The translations under genes were made by a program, and so were the position numbers. A stretch of 64,000 bases of DNA from Dehalococcoidia bacterium. GTDB lineage: Bacteria; Chloroflexota; Dehalococcoidia; Lucifugimonadales; Australimonadaceae. The stretch lies in contig CBDFLP010000017.1 of the NCBI GenBank assembly GCA_965249325.1, forward strand, positions 1,001 through 65,000, given 5' to 3'. Numbering within the stretch: the stretch's first letter is position 1; the number at the start of each line of letters is the position of its first letter. This document shows positions 1 through 9,635 of this stretch, piece by piece. The notes beneath the pieces were generated by a model. It did no database searches. It had not been told where the DNA came from and was given only the letters and a program-made list of their open reading frames with translations.

Positions 1-116
1 CGGGATGGTCGCCGAGGCGTTCCACAACATAGAGGTGAAGGGACACGCTGAGCCAGTCCTTGCCTCGGCGTAGGCCCTGTCGGTGCCGCGGCCAGGAAAG
101 CTCGCACGCCAGGCCT

Positions 117-887
117 ATGATTCCCCGCCTGCTCCTCGTGTTCATACTCGCCGGCTTGGCCGCTTGCGTCGCGCCCGGCCCCGAGAGGCCGACGCTGACA
201 GTCGGATCCGCCGCCAGCCTGCGCCCGGTCGTGGAAGAACTGGCCCAGGCGTTCGAGCCCGACGTGACCATCGTGACCGGGGCTTCCGGGACGCTTGCCA
301 CACAGGTGCGTCAGGGAGCGCCCATCGACGTGTTCATTTCCGCGGACGGGCGTTTCACGACCAACCTCGCGAACGACGGATTCTTGGACCGGGCGAGCCT
401 CGCGGAGCTTGCGAGGGGCGAGCTCGTCGCGATTACAACGCTCGTAAGCGCGTCCGCAGACCCCCTCTCCTTCATTGCCGAGGACAGGGTCAAGCACATC
501 GCGCTGGCGAATCCCGACCTTGCTCCCTACGGGGCCGCGACGCGACGATACTTAGAAGGCGCGGGCGTCTGGGACCGTATAGCGAATAAAGTGGTTTACG
601 GAGAGAACGTCGCTCAGGTGCTCCAGTTCGTAATCAGCGGCAACGCCGAGGTGGGCTTCGTGCCCCTATCATTGACTCTCGCGTCGCAGTCGGAGGGGTT
701 GCGGGGCCTCGACGCCTTGCCTGCCGAGGCCAGCTCCTCCCTGGTGGTGACGGCCGGCGCCGCGACCGCGACGGAGCAGAAGGATTTGGCCGAACGCTTC
801 ATCGGGTTCCTGCAAGATGCGTCTTCAGGACCGGTTTGGAAGCGCTACGGCTACGCGCCTCTTGCCGGCGCAGAGGGACAAGAGTAA
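117..887 (+). CDS. modA: Molybdate ABC transporter substrate-binding protein (ModA family)
   Basis: ORF 60..887. The ATG at 117 gives a lipoprotein-like leader, MIPRLLLVFILAGLAAC. The 'TVGSAASL' and 'DVFISAD' blocks are typical of ModA. modB starts directly after the stop. Confidence 0.85.
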   Translation: MIPRLLLVFILAGLAACVAPGPERPTLTVGSAASLRPVVEELAQAFEPDVTIVTGASGTLATQVRQGAPIDVFISADGRFTTNLANDGFLDRASLAELARGELVAITTLVSASADPLSFIAEDRVKHIALANPDLAPYGAATRRYLEGAGVWDRIANKVVYGENVAQVLQFVISGNAEVGFVPLSLTLASQSEGLRGLDALPAEASSSLVVTAGAATATEQKDLAERFIGFLQDASSGPVWKRYGYAPLAGAEGQE

Positions 888-1556
888 GTGGACTGGGACG
901 CGCTTCGGCTTAGCCTCCAGATCGGCGTCACGAGCACCTTGTTCACGGCGCTGTTGGGCGTGCCGCTTGCCTGGTGGCTCTCGCGCAAGCGAAGCTGGCT
1001 GAGAGACGCGCTATCGACCGCCGTGCTGGTCCCCATGGTGTTGCCCCCAACGGTCCTGGGTTACTACCTTCTCCAGGCTGTCGGAAAGAACTCGGTGGTC
1101 GGCTCAGTCCTCGACTCGGCGTTCGGGTTCAGCTTCGTTTTCGGTTGGAGCGGCGCCGTGCTCGCGGCCTTCTTCGTCTCCACTCCTTTTCTCGTGCGTA
1201 CAGCGCAGGCGGGGTTCGAGGCCGTAGACCCCAACCTCGAAGACGCCGCGCGGACTCTGGGACGGACAGAACTGAGCCTGTTCCTCACGGTGACGCTTCC
1301 CGTCGCGTGGCGAGCCGTGATGGCCGGCGTAGCACTGGCGCTGGCGCGCGCAATCGGCGAGTTCGGCGCGACGCTGATGATTGCCGGCAGCATTCCGGGG
1401 CGCACGCGGACGATGCCCATCGCCATCTATGAGGCGGTCCAGACGGGCCAGACCAACGAGGCGCAGGTGCTCGCGGTCACGCTTACGCTCGCCGCTCTCG
1501 GACTGCTAGCCGCTGTTGGCCTCGGAGCCCGCGGCCGGGGTCTGCTATGGCGTTAG
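888..1556 (+). CDS. modB: Molybdate ABC transporter permease (ModB family)
   Basis: GTG at 888 abuts the modA stop. Multi-TM protein with an EAA-type loop ('EDAARTLG'). Overlaps the modC start. Confidence 0.85.
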   Translation: MDWDALRLSLQIGVTSTLFTALLGVPLAWWLSRKRSWLRDALSTAVLVPMVLPPTVLGYYLLQAVGKNSVVGSVLDSAFGFSFVFGWSGAVLAAFFVSTPFLVRTAQAGFEAVDPNLEDAARTLGRTELSLFLTVTLPVAWRAVMAGVALALARAIGEFGATLMIAGSIPGRTRTMPIAIYEAVQTGQTNEAQVLAVTLTLAALGLLAAVGLGARGRGLLWR

Positions 1557-2608
1557 AAGCCAGCGCCAACACTCAAGCGGGGGCGTTCCGCGTGGCAATC
1601 GACCTGCGGGTAGAGCCTGGGACGACGACTGCAATTCTTGGGCCTTCAGGCTCCGGAAAGACCCTAACTTTACGCACTATAGCCGGACTCACAAGACCGG
1701 CAGCGGGCAGGATATCGAGCGACGGCGAGCCGCTGTTTGACAGCGCGGCCAATGTCGATCTGCCGCCCCGCAAGCGGCGTGCAGGGTTCGTTTTTCAAGA
1801 CTACGCGCTGTTCCCGCACCTCACGGTGGCCGGAAATTTGGTGTACGGGTTCCAGGGCCCCAAGCAGTCCGCTCAGTCGCGAGTGGCGGAGCTCGTCGAT
1901 CTCCTCGGGCTGGGGGGGCTCGAATCGAGGCGGCCGTCACAGCTGTCCGGCGGTCAGCGACAGCGGGTCGCGCTGGGGCGCGCGCTCGCCTCCGACCCCG
2001 CCTTCCTGCTGCTCGACGAACCGTTTTCGGCCCTCGACGCCCCGACACGGACCGCGCTGACCGAGCAGCTCTTGGAGTTGGAATCGCGCGTCGGCGCCCC
2101 GACGGTGCTGGTGACCCACGACCTCGCGGAGGCGCACGTGCTTGCACAACAGCTCGTGGTGCTGGACGACGGCGTAATCCTGCAGTCGGGGCCGAGAGAC
2201 GAGGTGTTCGGGCGGCCATCGTCGCCTAAAGTCGGCGAGCTGGTGGGCGTGCGGAACATCCTGCACGGGACAGTCAACGCCGTGGAGGACGGCATCGCCA
2301 CCATAGACGCGGCAGGAATCGAAATGCAGGCGTCCGCCCAGAGGCTCTCGGTTGGTGAGCAGGTGACGGCCGGGGCCCGTGCAAGGGACCTGGTCGCCCT
2401 ACCCGGCCCCAATGGTAACGCGAGGCTGGTCAGGGAGATCGATGCGGGGCTACGGCGGACGCTGGTGTTGGAGCTTCGGGGTGGGGCGTTCGCCTACGCG
2501 GAGTTGACGCCGGAGGTGGAGCGCCGGATCGGACGGGACACGCCCGAGGCCTGGCGCCTGTCGGTCGCGCCCGGTGCGGGCCTCGTCTGGCGGACGCCGC
2601 CAGTCTAG
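1547..2608 (+). CDS. modC: Molybdate ABC transporter ATP-binding protein with C-terminal TOBE-like extension
   Basis: Walker A GPSGSGKT, signature LSGGQRQRV and Walker B LLLDEP. About 120 aa C-terminal extension. 10-nt overlap with modB. Confidence 0.85.
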   Translation: MALEASANTQAGAFRVAIDLRVEPGTTTAILGPSGSGKTLTLRTIAGLTRPAAGRISSDGEPLFDSAANVDLPPRKRRAGFVFQDYALFPHLTVAGNLVYGFQGPKQSAQSRVAELVDLLGLGGLESRRPSQLSGGQRQRVALGRALASDPAFLLLDEPFSALDAPTRTALTEQLLELESRVGAPTVLVTHDLAEAHVLAQQLVVLDDGVILQSGPRDEVFGRPSSPKVGELVGVRNILHGTVNAVEDGIATIDAAGIEMQASAQRLSVGEQVTAGARARDLVALPGPNGNARLVREIDAGLRRTLVLELRGGAFAYAELTPEVERRIGRDTPEAWRLSVAPGAGLVWRTPPV

Positions 2609-2727
2609 GCGTCTGCGATGCTCCGTCGGCATCCGGCGCGCCGAAACGCGCATCTTATTGATGACGGCCCGTCGAAGCTCATTGCGATTGAAGGGCGGGT
2701 GCGCGGGCTGCTAGGCTGAGGGAGGAG

Positions 2728-3639
2728 ATGGGCCAGATGCAAGGGGCGATATCCGGAAACCGAATTCTCCGCTGGACGCTGTTCGGGCCGATTGCGGCGC
2801 TCGTCGGCGCGCTGGCTATAGCGGTCGTGGGAGCCATCATTACCGGCGCCGAGCTTGGCTTGGTCACCGAGAACGTCGAGTCCGCGTCGGCAAGCTCCGG
2901 AAACTTCCTCAGCCGGGTCGGCGACATCTTCCCGCTGGGGTTCGCCTTCAGCGCGGGCATGGTCTCATCGGTCAATCCCTGCGGCTTCGCGATGCTCCCC
3001 GCCTATCTGGGGCTGTACCTGGGCGATCAGGAGGCCCAGAACCAGAACGTGGCGGCGAGGCTCCAGCGCGCGTTGCTCGTCGGAGCGACGGTGACAGCGG
3101 GTTTCGTTCTGATGTTCGCGGCCGTGGGAGTCCCGATTGGCCTCGGAGCGCGCGGCCTGGTGGACTTCTTCCCCTGGGTCGGGCTGACGATAGGCGTGCT
3201 TCTGACCGTCGTCGGGGCGTACCTCCTCTCCGGCGGCAAGCTGTACAACAACCTCGCCGTGCGCCTCTCCGCCCGGGTGGGGAACGCGAATAACAACAGC
3301 GTCCGCGGCTACTTCACGTTTGGCCTGGGTTACGGGACCGCGTCGCTCAGCTGCACGCTGCCCATCTTCCTGGCGGTGATCGGCGGCACGTTCACAGCCG
3401 ACACCTTCCTCGACTCGATGCTGCAGTTCCTGCTGTACGGGCTGGGCATGGGATTCGTGATCCTCGCGCTCACGGTGGGAATGGCCGTCTTCAAGACCGC
3501 CATGGTCGGCGGCCTGCGCAAGGTCCTTCCCTACGTGGGGACAATCAGCGCGGTGATGCTCCTCATATCGGGGGCGTTCATAGTCTATTATTGGCTGACG
3601 CTCGGCGAGCTGCTGGAGCGTATCCAGAACGCCTTCTAA
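2728..3639 (+). CDS. Cytochrome c biogenesis / thiol-disulfide transfer membrane protein (CcdA/DsbD family)
   Basis: Polytopic membrane protein with the 'NPCGFAMLPAYLG' Cys-Pro motif and a second 'SLSCTLP' Cys motif. The alternative ATG at 2737 is equally possible. Confidence 0.75.
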   Translation: MGQMQGAISGNRILRWTLFGPIAALVGALAIAVVGAIITGAELGLVTENVESASASSGNFLSRVGDIFPLGFAFSAGMVSSVNPCGFAMLPAYLGLYLGDQEAQNQNVAARLQRALLVGATVTAGFVLMFAAVGVPIGLGARGLVDFFPWVGLTIGVLLTVVGAYLLSGGKLYNNLAVRLSARVGNANNNSVRGYFTFGLGYGTASLSCTLPIFLAVIGGTFTADTFLDSMLQFLLYGLGMGFVILALTVGMAVFKTAMVGGLRKVLPYVGTISAVMLLISGAFIVYYWLTLGELLERIQNAF

Positions 3640-3660
3640 CAACTTCCAGGACTCCGCTAT

Positions 3661-4290
3661 ATGACATCTGATGCGCAGCAACGCCGCAGAGAAGGGTCGC
3701 GGCGCGCCCGAGCGTCGCAAGAGCGCAGGGCCGACGGCCAGAAACGCAAGCAGAAGAGGGGCGCGCTCTACGCCATCGGCGGCGCGGTGGTGATAGCGGT
3801 CGCGATTGCGCTGTTCGTTCTGTTACGGGGCGGAGGAACGGAGCTCGGGGTCAGTGTGCCGTTGCTGCCCGCCGCTCATGAGCCGCCGCACATCTACAAC
3901 CAGGACATCGAGATCGACGGCGCTCTCGCGCGCATCCCGCCGACCTCCGGGCATCATTTCGATCTCCCGCACCAGGGGTGGGGATACTTGGGTGAGCCAT
4001 TGGTCCCCGAGCGCGTGGTTCACAACATGGAGCACGGCGGCGTGGTCATCTGGCACCAGCCGGGCAATCCTCAGCTTGCAGGCGCGGTGAACCAACTCGT
4101 GGGCACGACAGGCAACCAGTGCGTCGTCGCGGGCTCATACTCCGATATGTCCTACCAAGTAGCGGCAACGGTATGGGGCCGAGTGTTGCCCTTAGAGAGC
4201 TTCGACTCGGACCCGATTATCGAGTTCGTGGACACGTACCGCGGGAGTCAGGGACCGGAAGCCGGCCTCTGCTATAGAGAACTCTACTAG
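3661..4290 (+). CDS. DUF3105-like membrane-anchored protein
   Basis: Basic N-terminus plus one TM. The 'HNMEHGGVVIWHQP' block resembles DUF3105. Pairing with CcdA is common in monoderm high-GC genomes. Confidence 0.6.
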   Translation: MTSDAQQRRREGSRRARASQERRADGQKRKQKRGALYAIGGAVVIAVAIALFVLLRGGGTELGVSVPLLPAAHEPPHIYNQDIEIDGALARIPPTSGHHFDLPHQGWGYLGEPLVPERVVHNMEHGGVVIWHQPGNPQLAGAVNQLVGTTGNQCVVAGSYSDMSYQVAATVWGRVLPLESFDSDPIIEFVDTYRGSQGPEAGLCYRELY

Positions 4291-4295
4291 CCCGC

Positions 4296-4425
4296 ACCGA
4301 CTCGGGAGCCTCCCCCTGCCCGCCTTCCTGCTTTAGGGAGGAGGATGCCCTCCTGGCCTCCCTGCTACGGACACAGCCTACGCCGCCCCTTGCAAGGGGA
4401 CTCCCCAGAGTCCCCCTTGTAAGGT
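4296..4425. repeat. GC-rich hairpin cluster (REP-like) between convergent genes; possible bidirectional terminator
   Basis: Overlapping inverted repeats are visible: gggaggagg..cctcct, ccccttGCAAgggg (4386-4399) and ggggactc-ccca-gagtcccc (4396-4415). Confidence 0.5.
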
Positions 4426-4433
4426 GAAAGCCC

Positions 4434-7400
4434 CTACTCGTCCATCCTGAGCGCTTCCGCCGGATAGATGTTGGACGCCTGCCGCGCCGGCAGGTACGTA
4501 GTAAGCAGAGAGGCGCCGTACGCAACAACCACCACGAGGATGATCGTCTCCCATGGGATGGTGTACGACACGCCGTCGATGGTCTCGGCTATCTCCTTGA
4601 TGATGCCCGCCGACAGCCCGAAACCAAGGCCGAGACCCAGCACGATGCCCAACAGCGCGATGAACGAGGACTCGATCAGGAACGTGAGCTGCACCATGCC
4701 GCGACGGAAGCCGATGGCGCGCAGCACGCCGATCTGCACTCGGCGCTCCACGACGGAGCGCGCCGCAATCACGCCGAGGGCGGCGATGCCCACCACGAGG
4801 CCCAAGCCCATGAAGCCCTGGATGATCCGGTTGAACGCGAGGTTCAGGGCGGTGAGCTCCCGCACGGTCTTCTCGAGCGGTTCCGCTTGCACCCCGTGCT
4901 CTAGGAACTCGTCTTCGAGCGCCGTTGCAATCTCCTCCGCACGCGTCGGGTCGCGCAGCACGATCTGGTAGCTCAGGAACGGCAGCTCCACCGGCGCGAG
5001 CCGCTGAAGCGTCCCGATGCCGGTGATGACGGTCGGGGCGAAGAACGCCTGGTCCTCTACAACCCCTATCACGCGCAGCTCCACCATCTGCTCCTCGGCT
5101 GCGTCGTACACCTCCAGGTACACTTCCGGCAGCTCGCCGCCATCCCGCTGGAAACCCTCCAGCTGGAACGTGAGGTCCGGCTCTCCGGTGTCGAAGTCCG
5201 ACGCTGCAGGGACCATCGCCGCATTAGCAACCACAACGTCCTGCTGCTCCACGAGCGCGCGCCAGATATCGCGGTCGGCAGCGTAACGCTCGTCCTTCAG
5301 GCTGAACCCATAGGTGACGATCTCCGCGTAGCTTTCGTCGATGCCTGTAGCGAACCAGTCCTGCAACTCCTGTTCCGTGTCCCGCTGCCGGATGTGAATG
5401 GGCAGCTCGCTCGTGCCTCCGATGGCTGCGAATTCGCTCGCGTCCAGCGCCGGCGACTGCTCAATGCGAGCGCCGAAGTCGTCGATGGGGTTGGTAAAGC
5501 TGACGCCTGCGGCGATGTCGATGCCCCCGGAGAACTTACGGGTGTCGTCCAGCGATGACGCAAACGCTGCATTGATAAAACCGACGACCGCTAGCGTGAA
5601 GATGACCAGCGAGAACATGGCCAGCGTCATGCCGGTGCGGAAGCGGCTCGCCATCGGATACGCCGTCGCGGTGCGTATGATGGGCGAGAGGGAGCGTCCC
5701 CTGCCCGCCAGAGCCGTCACCGCGCCTACGAGGAGCGGCGAGTTGTACATCACCACCCAAACCGCGCCCACCACGACGGTCACTCCGGAGAGAATGAACA
5801 GCTCGATTCCCTCGTCGAACTTCGGCAGACCAAGCGTCTCCAGGTCTAACGGAATCATCCAGAGCGCCACGAGCAGTACTCCGGCGGCCGTGTAAGCAAT
5901 GCGCTCCGGCAGGAGACCGGCGTGTCTGAGCGCGAGGGGCACGCCTACGAAGATGAGGGATACGCCGAGCAGGAAGACGCCCATCTGCTCCTGTCCGATG
6001 CTCGCGTTCGTCACCACCACTCCGAGGACAGCCATGAGGTAACCCGCTAAGAAAAGGGCCCAAGCCAATTTGACGATGGCGCACGGGGCGCTGACGAGCC
6101 ACAACCGCAATGTGCGGTGCGGACGCATGCGCCGCAGCGCCCTCGCTCCGTCTGCGTAGGGGCGGCCCACTGCCTTCCACGACTCGCCCAAGGCGTGGCC
6201 TTCGCCCGGCGGCTCCGGTATGTCGCGCACCGCCCTGACGATATTGAGCGCGCTCACCCTACCCGCCGACAAAACGACCACAAGGTACGTAACCACCATC
6301 CCCAGCGTGTACGCGAGCAGCAGGCTCTGCCAGTGGAACGCAAACTCAATCTCGAAGTCATCGATGACGTTGCCCAGCGCAACCGCCATGATGCGCACCA
6401 TCACCACGCCGACGGCAATGCCTAGCACGCTGCCGACCGCAGCCGCCGCGAGGGAGTAGACCGCGCCCTCGAAGGTGAAGAGGCGGACGATATGCCCGCG
6501 CTGCGCGCCCACTGCCCGCGCGATGCCCAGCTCCTTCTTCCGTTCTGCCGCCAGCATCACGAAGATGAGCGCGATGAGCAGGATGCCCGCCATGATCGAG
6601 AAGGTGCCGAACAGCAGGAAAATGCTGGCGAGCCCTGCGCCGACGGAGTCTGCCTGCTCGATAGCGTCCTCCTTAGGGGTTTCAACTTCCAACACGCGCT
6701 CCTCGCGCAGGTCTGCGAAGGCCTCCAGCACGGCGTCCGTGTGCTCGGCGCCCGCGATGGGGCCTCCCTCGTTCGAAATGTAGATGTAGTTGATGTTCCC
6801 CTGCTCGCCCAAGATCTCCTGCAAGGCGCTGAGGCGCATCACCGCCGAAGGAGAGAAAGACGGATTCGTCCCACCTTCGGTGAACACTCCGGCCACGCGC
6901 GCCGTCACCGGCGTCTCGTCGAAGAAGAGCGCGACCTCGTCGTCCGCCTCGGCGCTCAAGTCGGCGGCGGCCGAGTCGCTCAGGTACATCTCTCCCTCGC
7001 CGAGCGCATCGAGGGACATCTCTCTGCCGTCCGCGTCGCGGTAGCCACCGAGCACGCCCGTCTGAGCGGGGTCGAGACCCAGCAGCTCAAGCCTCGGTAT
7101 GTTCCGCTCCGATTCGAGCGACACCGCCGGGACCCCAATGGCGACGGCGGGCGCGACGACATCCACCGGCGCGTCAGCCAGCGCCTCGCGAATAGCGTCA
7201 GCCGTCTCCTGCGGGACGTATTCCGGCGCCCCGGAAGCTGTCCTGGTCTCCGAGAAGACGTACTCGTCCAGCTCGCCGAGCTGTCCAACCGCCTGCACCC
7301 GAATCGAGTGGGCGAGCGTGTCGCCGGTGGCGAACGAAGCGGAGAAAAGGAGCGTCGCCAGCATCAAGCCGACGACGATGAGAACAGTCTGCGCTCGCCG

Positions 7401-7541
7401 CCGCGGGATGTTCCGCACCGCCATCTTCAACACGACGGGATTACGCAGCGCGAAGAAGGCCGTTACTGCGACGGTGACGAGGAACACAATAGTGAGCGCG
7501 GCAGTGAGCGTGCCGATGGGAATGCCGAAGAGCGTGTTCAT
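4434..7541 (-). CDS. ABC transporter permease, fused double FtsX-domain (MacB-like), 1035 aa
   Basis: Two FtsX-type 4-TM modules are separated by large extracytoplasmic domains. Lies immediately downstream of its ATPase (4-nt gap). Confidence 0.85.
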   Translation of the reverse strand: MNTLFGIPIGTLTAALTIVFLVTVAVTAFFALRNPVVLKMAVRNIPRRRAQTVLIVVGLMLATLLFSASFATGDTLAHSIRVQAVGQLGELDEYVFSETRTASGAPEYVPQETADAIREALADAPVDVVAPAVAIGVPAVSLESERNIPRLELLGLDPAQTGVLGGYRDADGREMSLDALGEGEMYLSDSAAADLSAEADDEVALFFDETPVTARVAGVFTEGGTNPSFSPSAVMRLSALQEILGEQGNINYIYISNEGGPIAGAEHTDAVLEAFADLREERVLEVETPKEDAIEQADSVGAGLASIFLLFGTFSIMAGILLIALIFVMLAAERKKELGIARAVGAQRGHIVRLFTFEGAVYSLAAAAVGSVLGIAVGVVMVRIMAVALGNVIDDFEIEFAFHWQSLLLAYTLGMVVTYLVVVLSAGRVSALNIVRAVRDIPEPPGEGHALGESWKAVGRPYADGARALRRMRPHRTLRLWLVSAPCAIVKLAWALFLAGYLMAVLGVVVTNASIGQEQMGVFLLGVSLIFVGVPLALRHAGLLPERIAYTAAGVLLVALWMIPLDLETLGLPKFDEGIELFILSGVTVVVGAVWVVMYNSPLLVGAVTALAGRGRSLSPIIRTATAYPMASRFRTGMTLAMFSLVIFTLAVVGFINAAFASSLDDTRKFSGGIDIAAGVSFTNPIDDFGARIEQSPALDASEFAAIGGTSELPIHIRQRDTEQELQDWFATGIDESYAEIVTYGFSLKDERYAADRDIWRALVEQQDVVVANAAMVPAASDFDTGEPDLTFQLEGFQRDGGELPEVYLEVYDAAEEQMVELRVIGVVEDQAFFAPTVITGIGTLQRLAPVELPFLSYQIVLRDPTRAEEIATALEDEFLEHGVQAEPLEKTVRELTALNLAFNRIIQGFMGLGLVVGIAALGVIAARSVVERRVQIGVLRAIGFRRGMVQLTFLIESSFIALLGIVLGLGLGFGLSAGIIKEIAETIDGVSYTIPWETIILVVVVAYGASLLTTYLPARQASNIYPAEALRMDE

Positions 7542-7545
7542 CGCC

Positions 7546-8253
7546 CTACTCTCCCTTGCCGTCCGCCGAAATCAATTCGTCGCTTTCGATGTGCCCGTCC
7601 CGCATACGCACCATGCGTCCGGCGCGGGAGCCGACTATGTTGTCGTGCGTAACGAGGACGAACGTCTGTTCCCGCTCCTGGTTGAGGCGGCAGAGCAGGT
7701 CCATGATGTGAGCGCCGGTCTCGCTGTCCAGAGCGCCGGTCGGCTCGTCCGCCCAGACGATGGCCGGTTCGTTCACGAGGGCGCGCGCGATGGTGACGCG
7801 CTGCTGCTGCCCGCCGGACATCTCGGCTGGGCGCTTGCCTGCCTGGTCCGCCAGCTCCACCATCTCGAGCACTTCCATAGCGCGGGCGCGGGCCTTTGAC
7901 TGGCCGTCGCCCGCGAGCAGCAGCGGCAGTTCGACGTTCTCCGCGCCGGTAAGCACGGGCAGAAGGTTGTAGGACTGGAACACGAACCCCATGTTCAGCG
8001 CGCGGTACTGCGTGCGCTCCCTATCGGACATATCGTGGATCGACGCTCCGTCGATGATGACTTGACCACTGGTCACGTCGTCTATGCCGGAGAAGGTGTT
8101 TAGCAGGGTCGTCTTGCCCGAGCCGGACGGGCCCATGATTGCGACCATCTGGCCCTTCCCGATGTTCAGGCCGATGCCTTGCAGGGCGTGCACCTCTATC
8201 TCTCCTGCGTGGTAGGTCTTGTACACATTCTGGGCTTCGATAATGTTCGTCAC
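7546..8253 (-). CDS. ABC transporter ATP-binding protein (MacB/LolD-like)
   Basis: Walker [10 protein letters not shown], signature MSGGQQQRV and Walker [12 protein letters not shown]. Confidence 0.9.
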   Translation of the reverse strand: MTNIIEAQNVYKTYHAGEIEVHALQGIGLNIGKGQMVAIMGPSGSGKTTLLNTFSGIDDVTSGQVIIDGASIHDMSDRERTQYRALNMGFVFQSYNLLPVLTGAENVELPLLLAGDGQSKARARAMEVLEMVELADQAGKRPAEMSGGQQQRVTIARALVNEPAIVWADEPTGALDSETGAHIMDLLCRLNQEREQTFVLVTHDNIVGSRAGRMVRMRDGHIESDELISADGKGE

Positions 8254-8271
8254 TCAAACCGCCTCGATTTT

Positions 8272-8295
8272 TCGGATAGAGGCGAGTCTATCCGA
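8272..8295. promoter_or_regulatory. Perfect 9-bp palindrome TCGGATAGA-N6-TCTATCCGA, 19-42 nt upstream of the ABC ATPase start
   Basis: Read directly from the sequence. Its position fits an operator or a 5'-UTR hairpin. Confidence 0.4.
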
Positions 8296-8477
8296 CGCAT
8301 GCCTGCCGTCCAATAGCCGAATGTCCCGGACGGGAGCGGGGTTCCCGACACGGCTCTGAGGAACCACGACCCCTCCCATCAACGGGAGCGGTCGTAGGGC
8401 AATTGCAGGCTCCTTCAATTCTTGGAATCTTTGATTTACGTGGCCGTGGCGCGGGCGACGGGCGACGGAGCGGGGGC

Positions 8478-8510
8478 AAGATGCGAAATGTCCGGGAGAT
8501 TTCGCATCTT
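8478..8510. promoter_or_regulatory. Perfect 12-bp inverted repeat AAGATGCGAAAT-N9-ATTTCGCATCTT
   Basis: Read directly. Flanked by the 17-nt direct repeats TACGTGGCCGTGGCGCG (8437-8453) and TACATGGCCGTGGTGCG (8514-8530). Function unknown. Confidence 0.4.
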
Positions 8511-8708
8511 AACTACATGGCCGTGGTGCGATGGAAAGGCTTTTTAGGGGTCAAGAATTAAGATGCGCGGTTTGATAACCGATCCGCGTGGCTTTGGGGT
8601 CTATGGGGGAGGTGCGGAGAGTGCGTCAGGTCTTCGCCTGTCGGAGTCCATGGTAGGCGTTGGTTCGGGATGGAGGAAGGGGCAAATGTCGCGGCCCTTT
8701 CTCGGTCT

Positions 8709-8752
8709 CCCCCGCAAACGGAGGGGTCGCGCGTAGCGCAGGGGGGGACGGG
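8709..8752. repeat. REP-like element (variant 'GGAGGGGTCGCGC-GTAGCG-..GGGGGG')
   Basis: Matches the segment at 45399-45448 (gggaggggtcgcgcaagcgtagcgaagcgcgggggg). Confidence 0.5.
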
Positions 8753-8840
8753 CGGGCTACGCGACTGTGCAACGTCCATGGGACTCATTCAGACCTTCCC
8801 CATGCGGGCGCCGCAGCCCATGGGCTGCCCGGAGTAGGCT

Positions 8841-8858
8841 GTTAACATCCCCTTAAGC
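8841..8858 (+). promoter_or_regulatory. Candidate Pho-box-like direct repeat GTTAAC-N5-CTTAAG (TTAAC/TTAAG starts 11 bp apart)
   Basis: Lies 77-92 nt upstream of the response-regulator start. The same TTAAC-N6-TTAA arrangement occurs upstream of pstS. Confidence 0.3.
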
Positions 8859-8933
8859 GTCGAACAACAGTATGGCCATACAATGACCGCATCGCCCCTC
8901 TAAACGCTGGTCAGGCTTGGGAGCACTGCACAA

Positions 8934-9623
8934 ATGACGAGCCGCTCCGTTCTGGTCGTTGAAGACGAAGAGAACCTCCTCGAAGCGCTGAAGTACAACC
9001 TCGAGCACGAGGGCTATAACGTCCTCACTGCGGAGGATGGCGTCACCGGCCTCGAGACGGCGAGGTCGGCCTCGCCGGACCTCGTGGTGCTGGACGTGAT
9101 GCTCCCCCAGATGGACGGCCTGGAAGTCTGCCGCATCCTCCGACGTGAGAACGACATGCCGATCTTGATGCTGACCGCCAAGGGCGAAGAAATCGACAGG
9201 GTCGTCGGTCTGGAGCTCGGCGCCGACGACTACGTCACCAAACCGTTCAGTATGCGGGAGTTGATGGCGAGGGTCCGGGCGATGCTGCGCCGGCCCCGTC
9301 AGACGGCCCTTGCCCAGCTCAGCGATCCGCTGCGCTCCGGCTCTCTCGAAGTCGATGTCGAGGCCCACAAGGCATCCCTGAACGGACAGGAGCTCCGGCT
9401 CAAGCCGCGGGAGTTCGAGCTGCTCGCTCTCTTCATGAAGAACCGCGGACGCGCCTTCACCCGAGACCAGATTCTGTCGCAGCTGTGGGGGCACGACTAC
9501 ATCGGCGACGTCCGCACCGTCGACGTGCATGTCCGGTGGATCCGCGAGAAGATCGAAGCCGACCCAGCCACCCCCGCCAGAATCATCACGGTCCGGGGTG
9601 TCGGCTACCGCTTCGAAGGCTAA
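8934..9623 (+). CDS. OmpR/PhoB-family response regulator
   Basis: Receiver domain ('VLVVEDEE', 'DLVVLDVMLP', 'LTAKG') plus a winged-helix output ('LRLKPREFELL', 'VRGVGYRF'). Confidence 0.92.
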   Translation: MTSRSVLVVEDEENLLEALKYNLEHEGYNVLTAEDGVTGLETARSASPDLVVLDVMLPQMDGLEVCRILRRENDMPILMLTAKGEEIDRVVGLELGADDYVTKPFSMRELMARVRAMLRRPRQTALAQLSDPLRSGSLEVDVEAHKASLNGQELRLKPREFELLALFMKNRGRAFTRDQILSQLWGHDYIGDVRTVDVHVRWIREKIEADPATPARIITVRGVGYRFEG

Positions 9624-9635
9624 GGCAGCCGGCGG

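Noticed and set aside
1-116. Possible molybdenum-cofactor riboswitch upstream of modA.
   Set aside because: Only 116 nt are available and no conserved Moco-motif elements are recognisable. The region is cut by the window edge.
6492-7652. 386-aa ORF. The same applies to similar long ORFs such as 20566..21570, 23022..24374, 42289..43335, 27122..28201, 31552..32682 and 51020..51982.
   Set aside because: These are antisense shadow ORFs in high-GC DNA. They have Arg/Gly/Asp-rich low-information sequence and oppose genes with clear family motifs.
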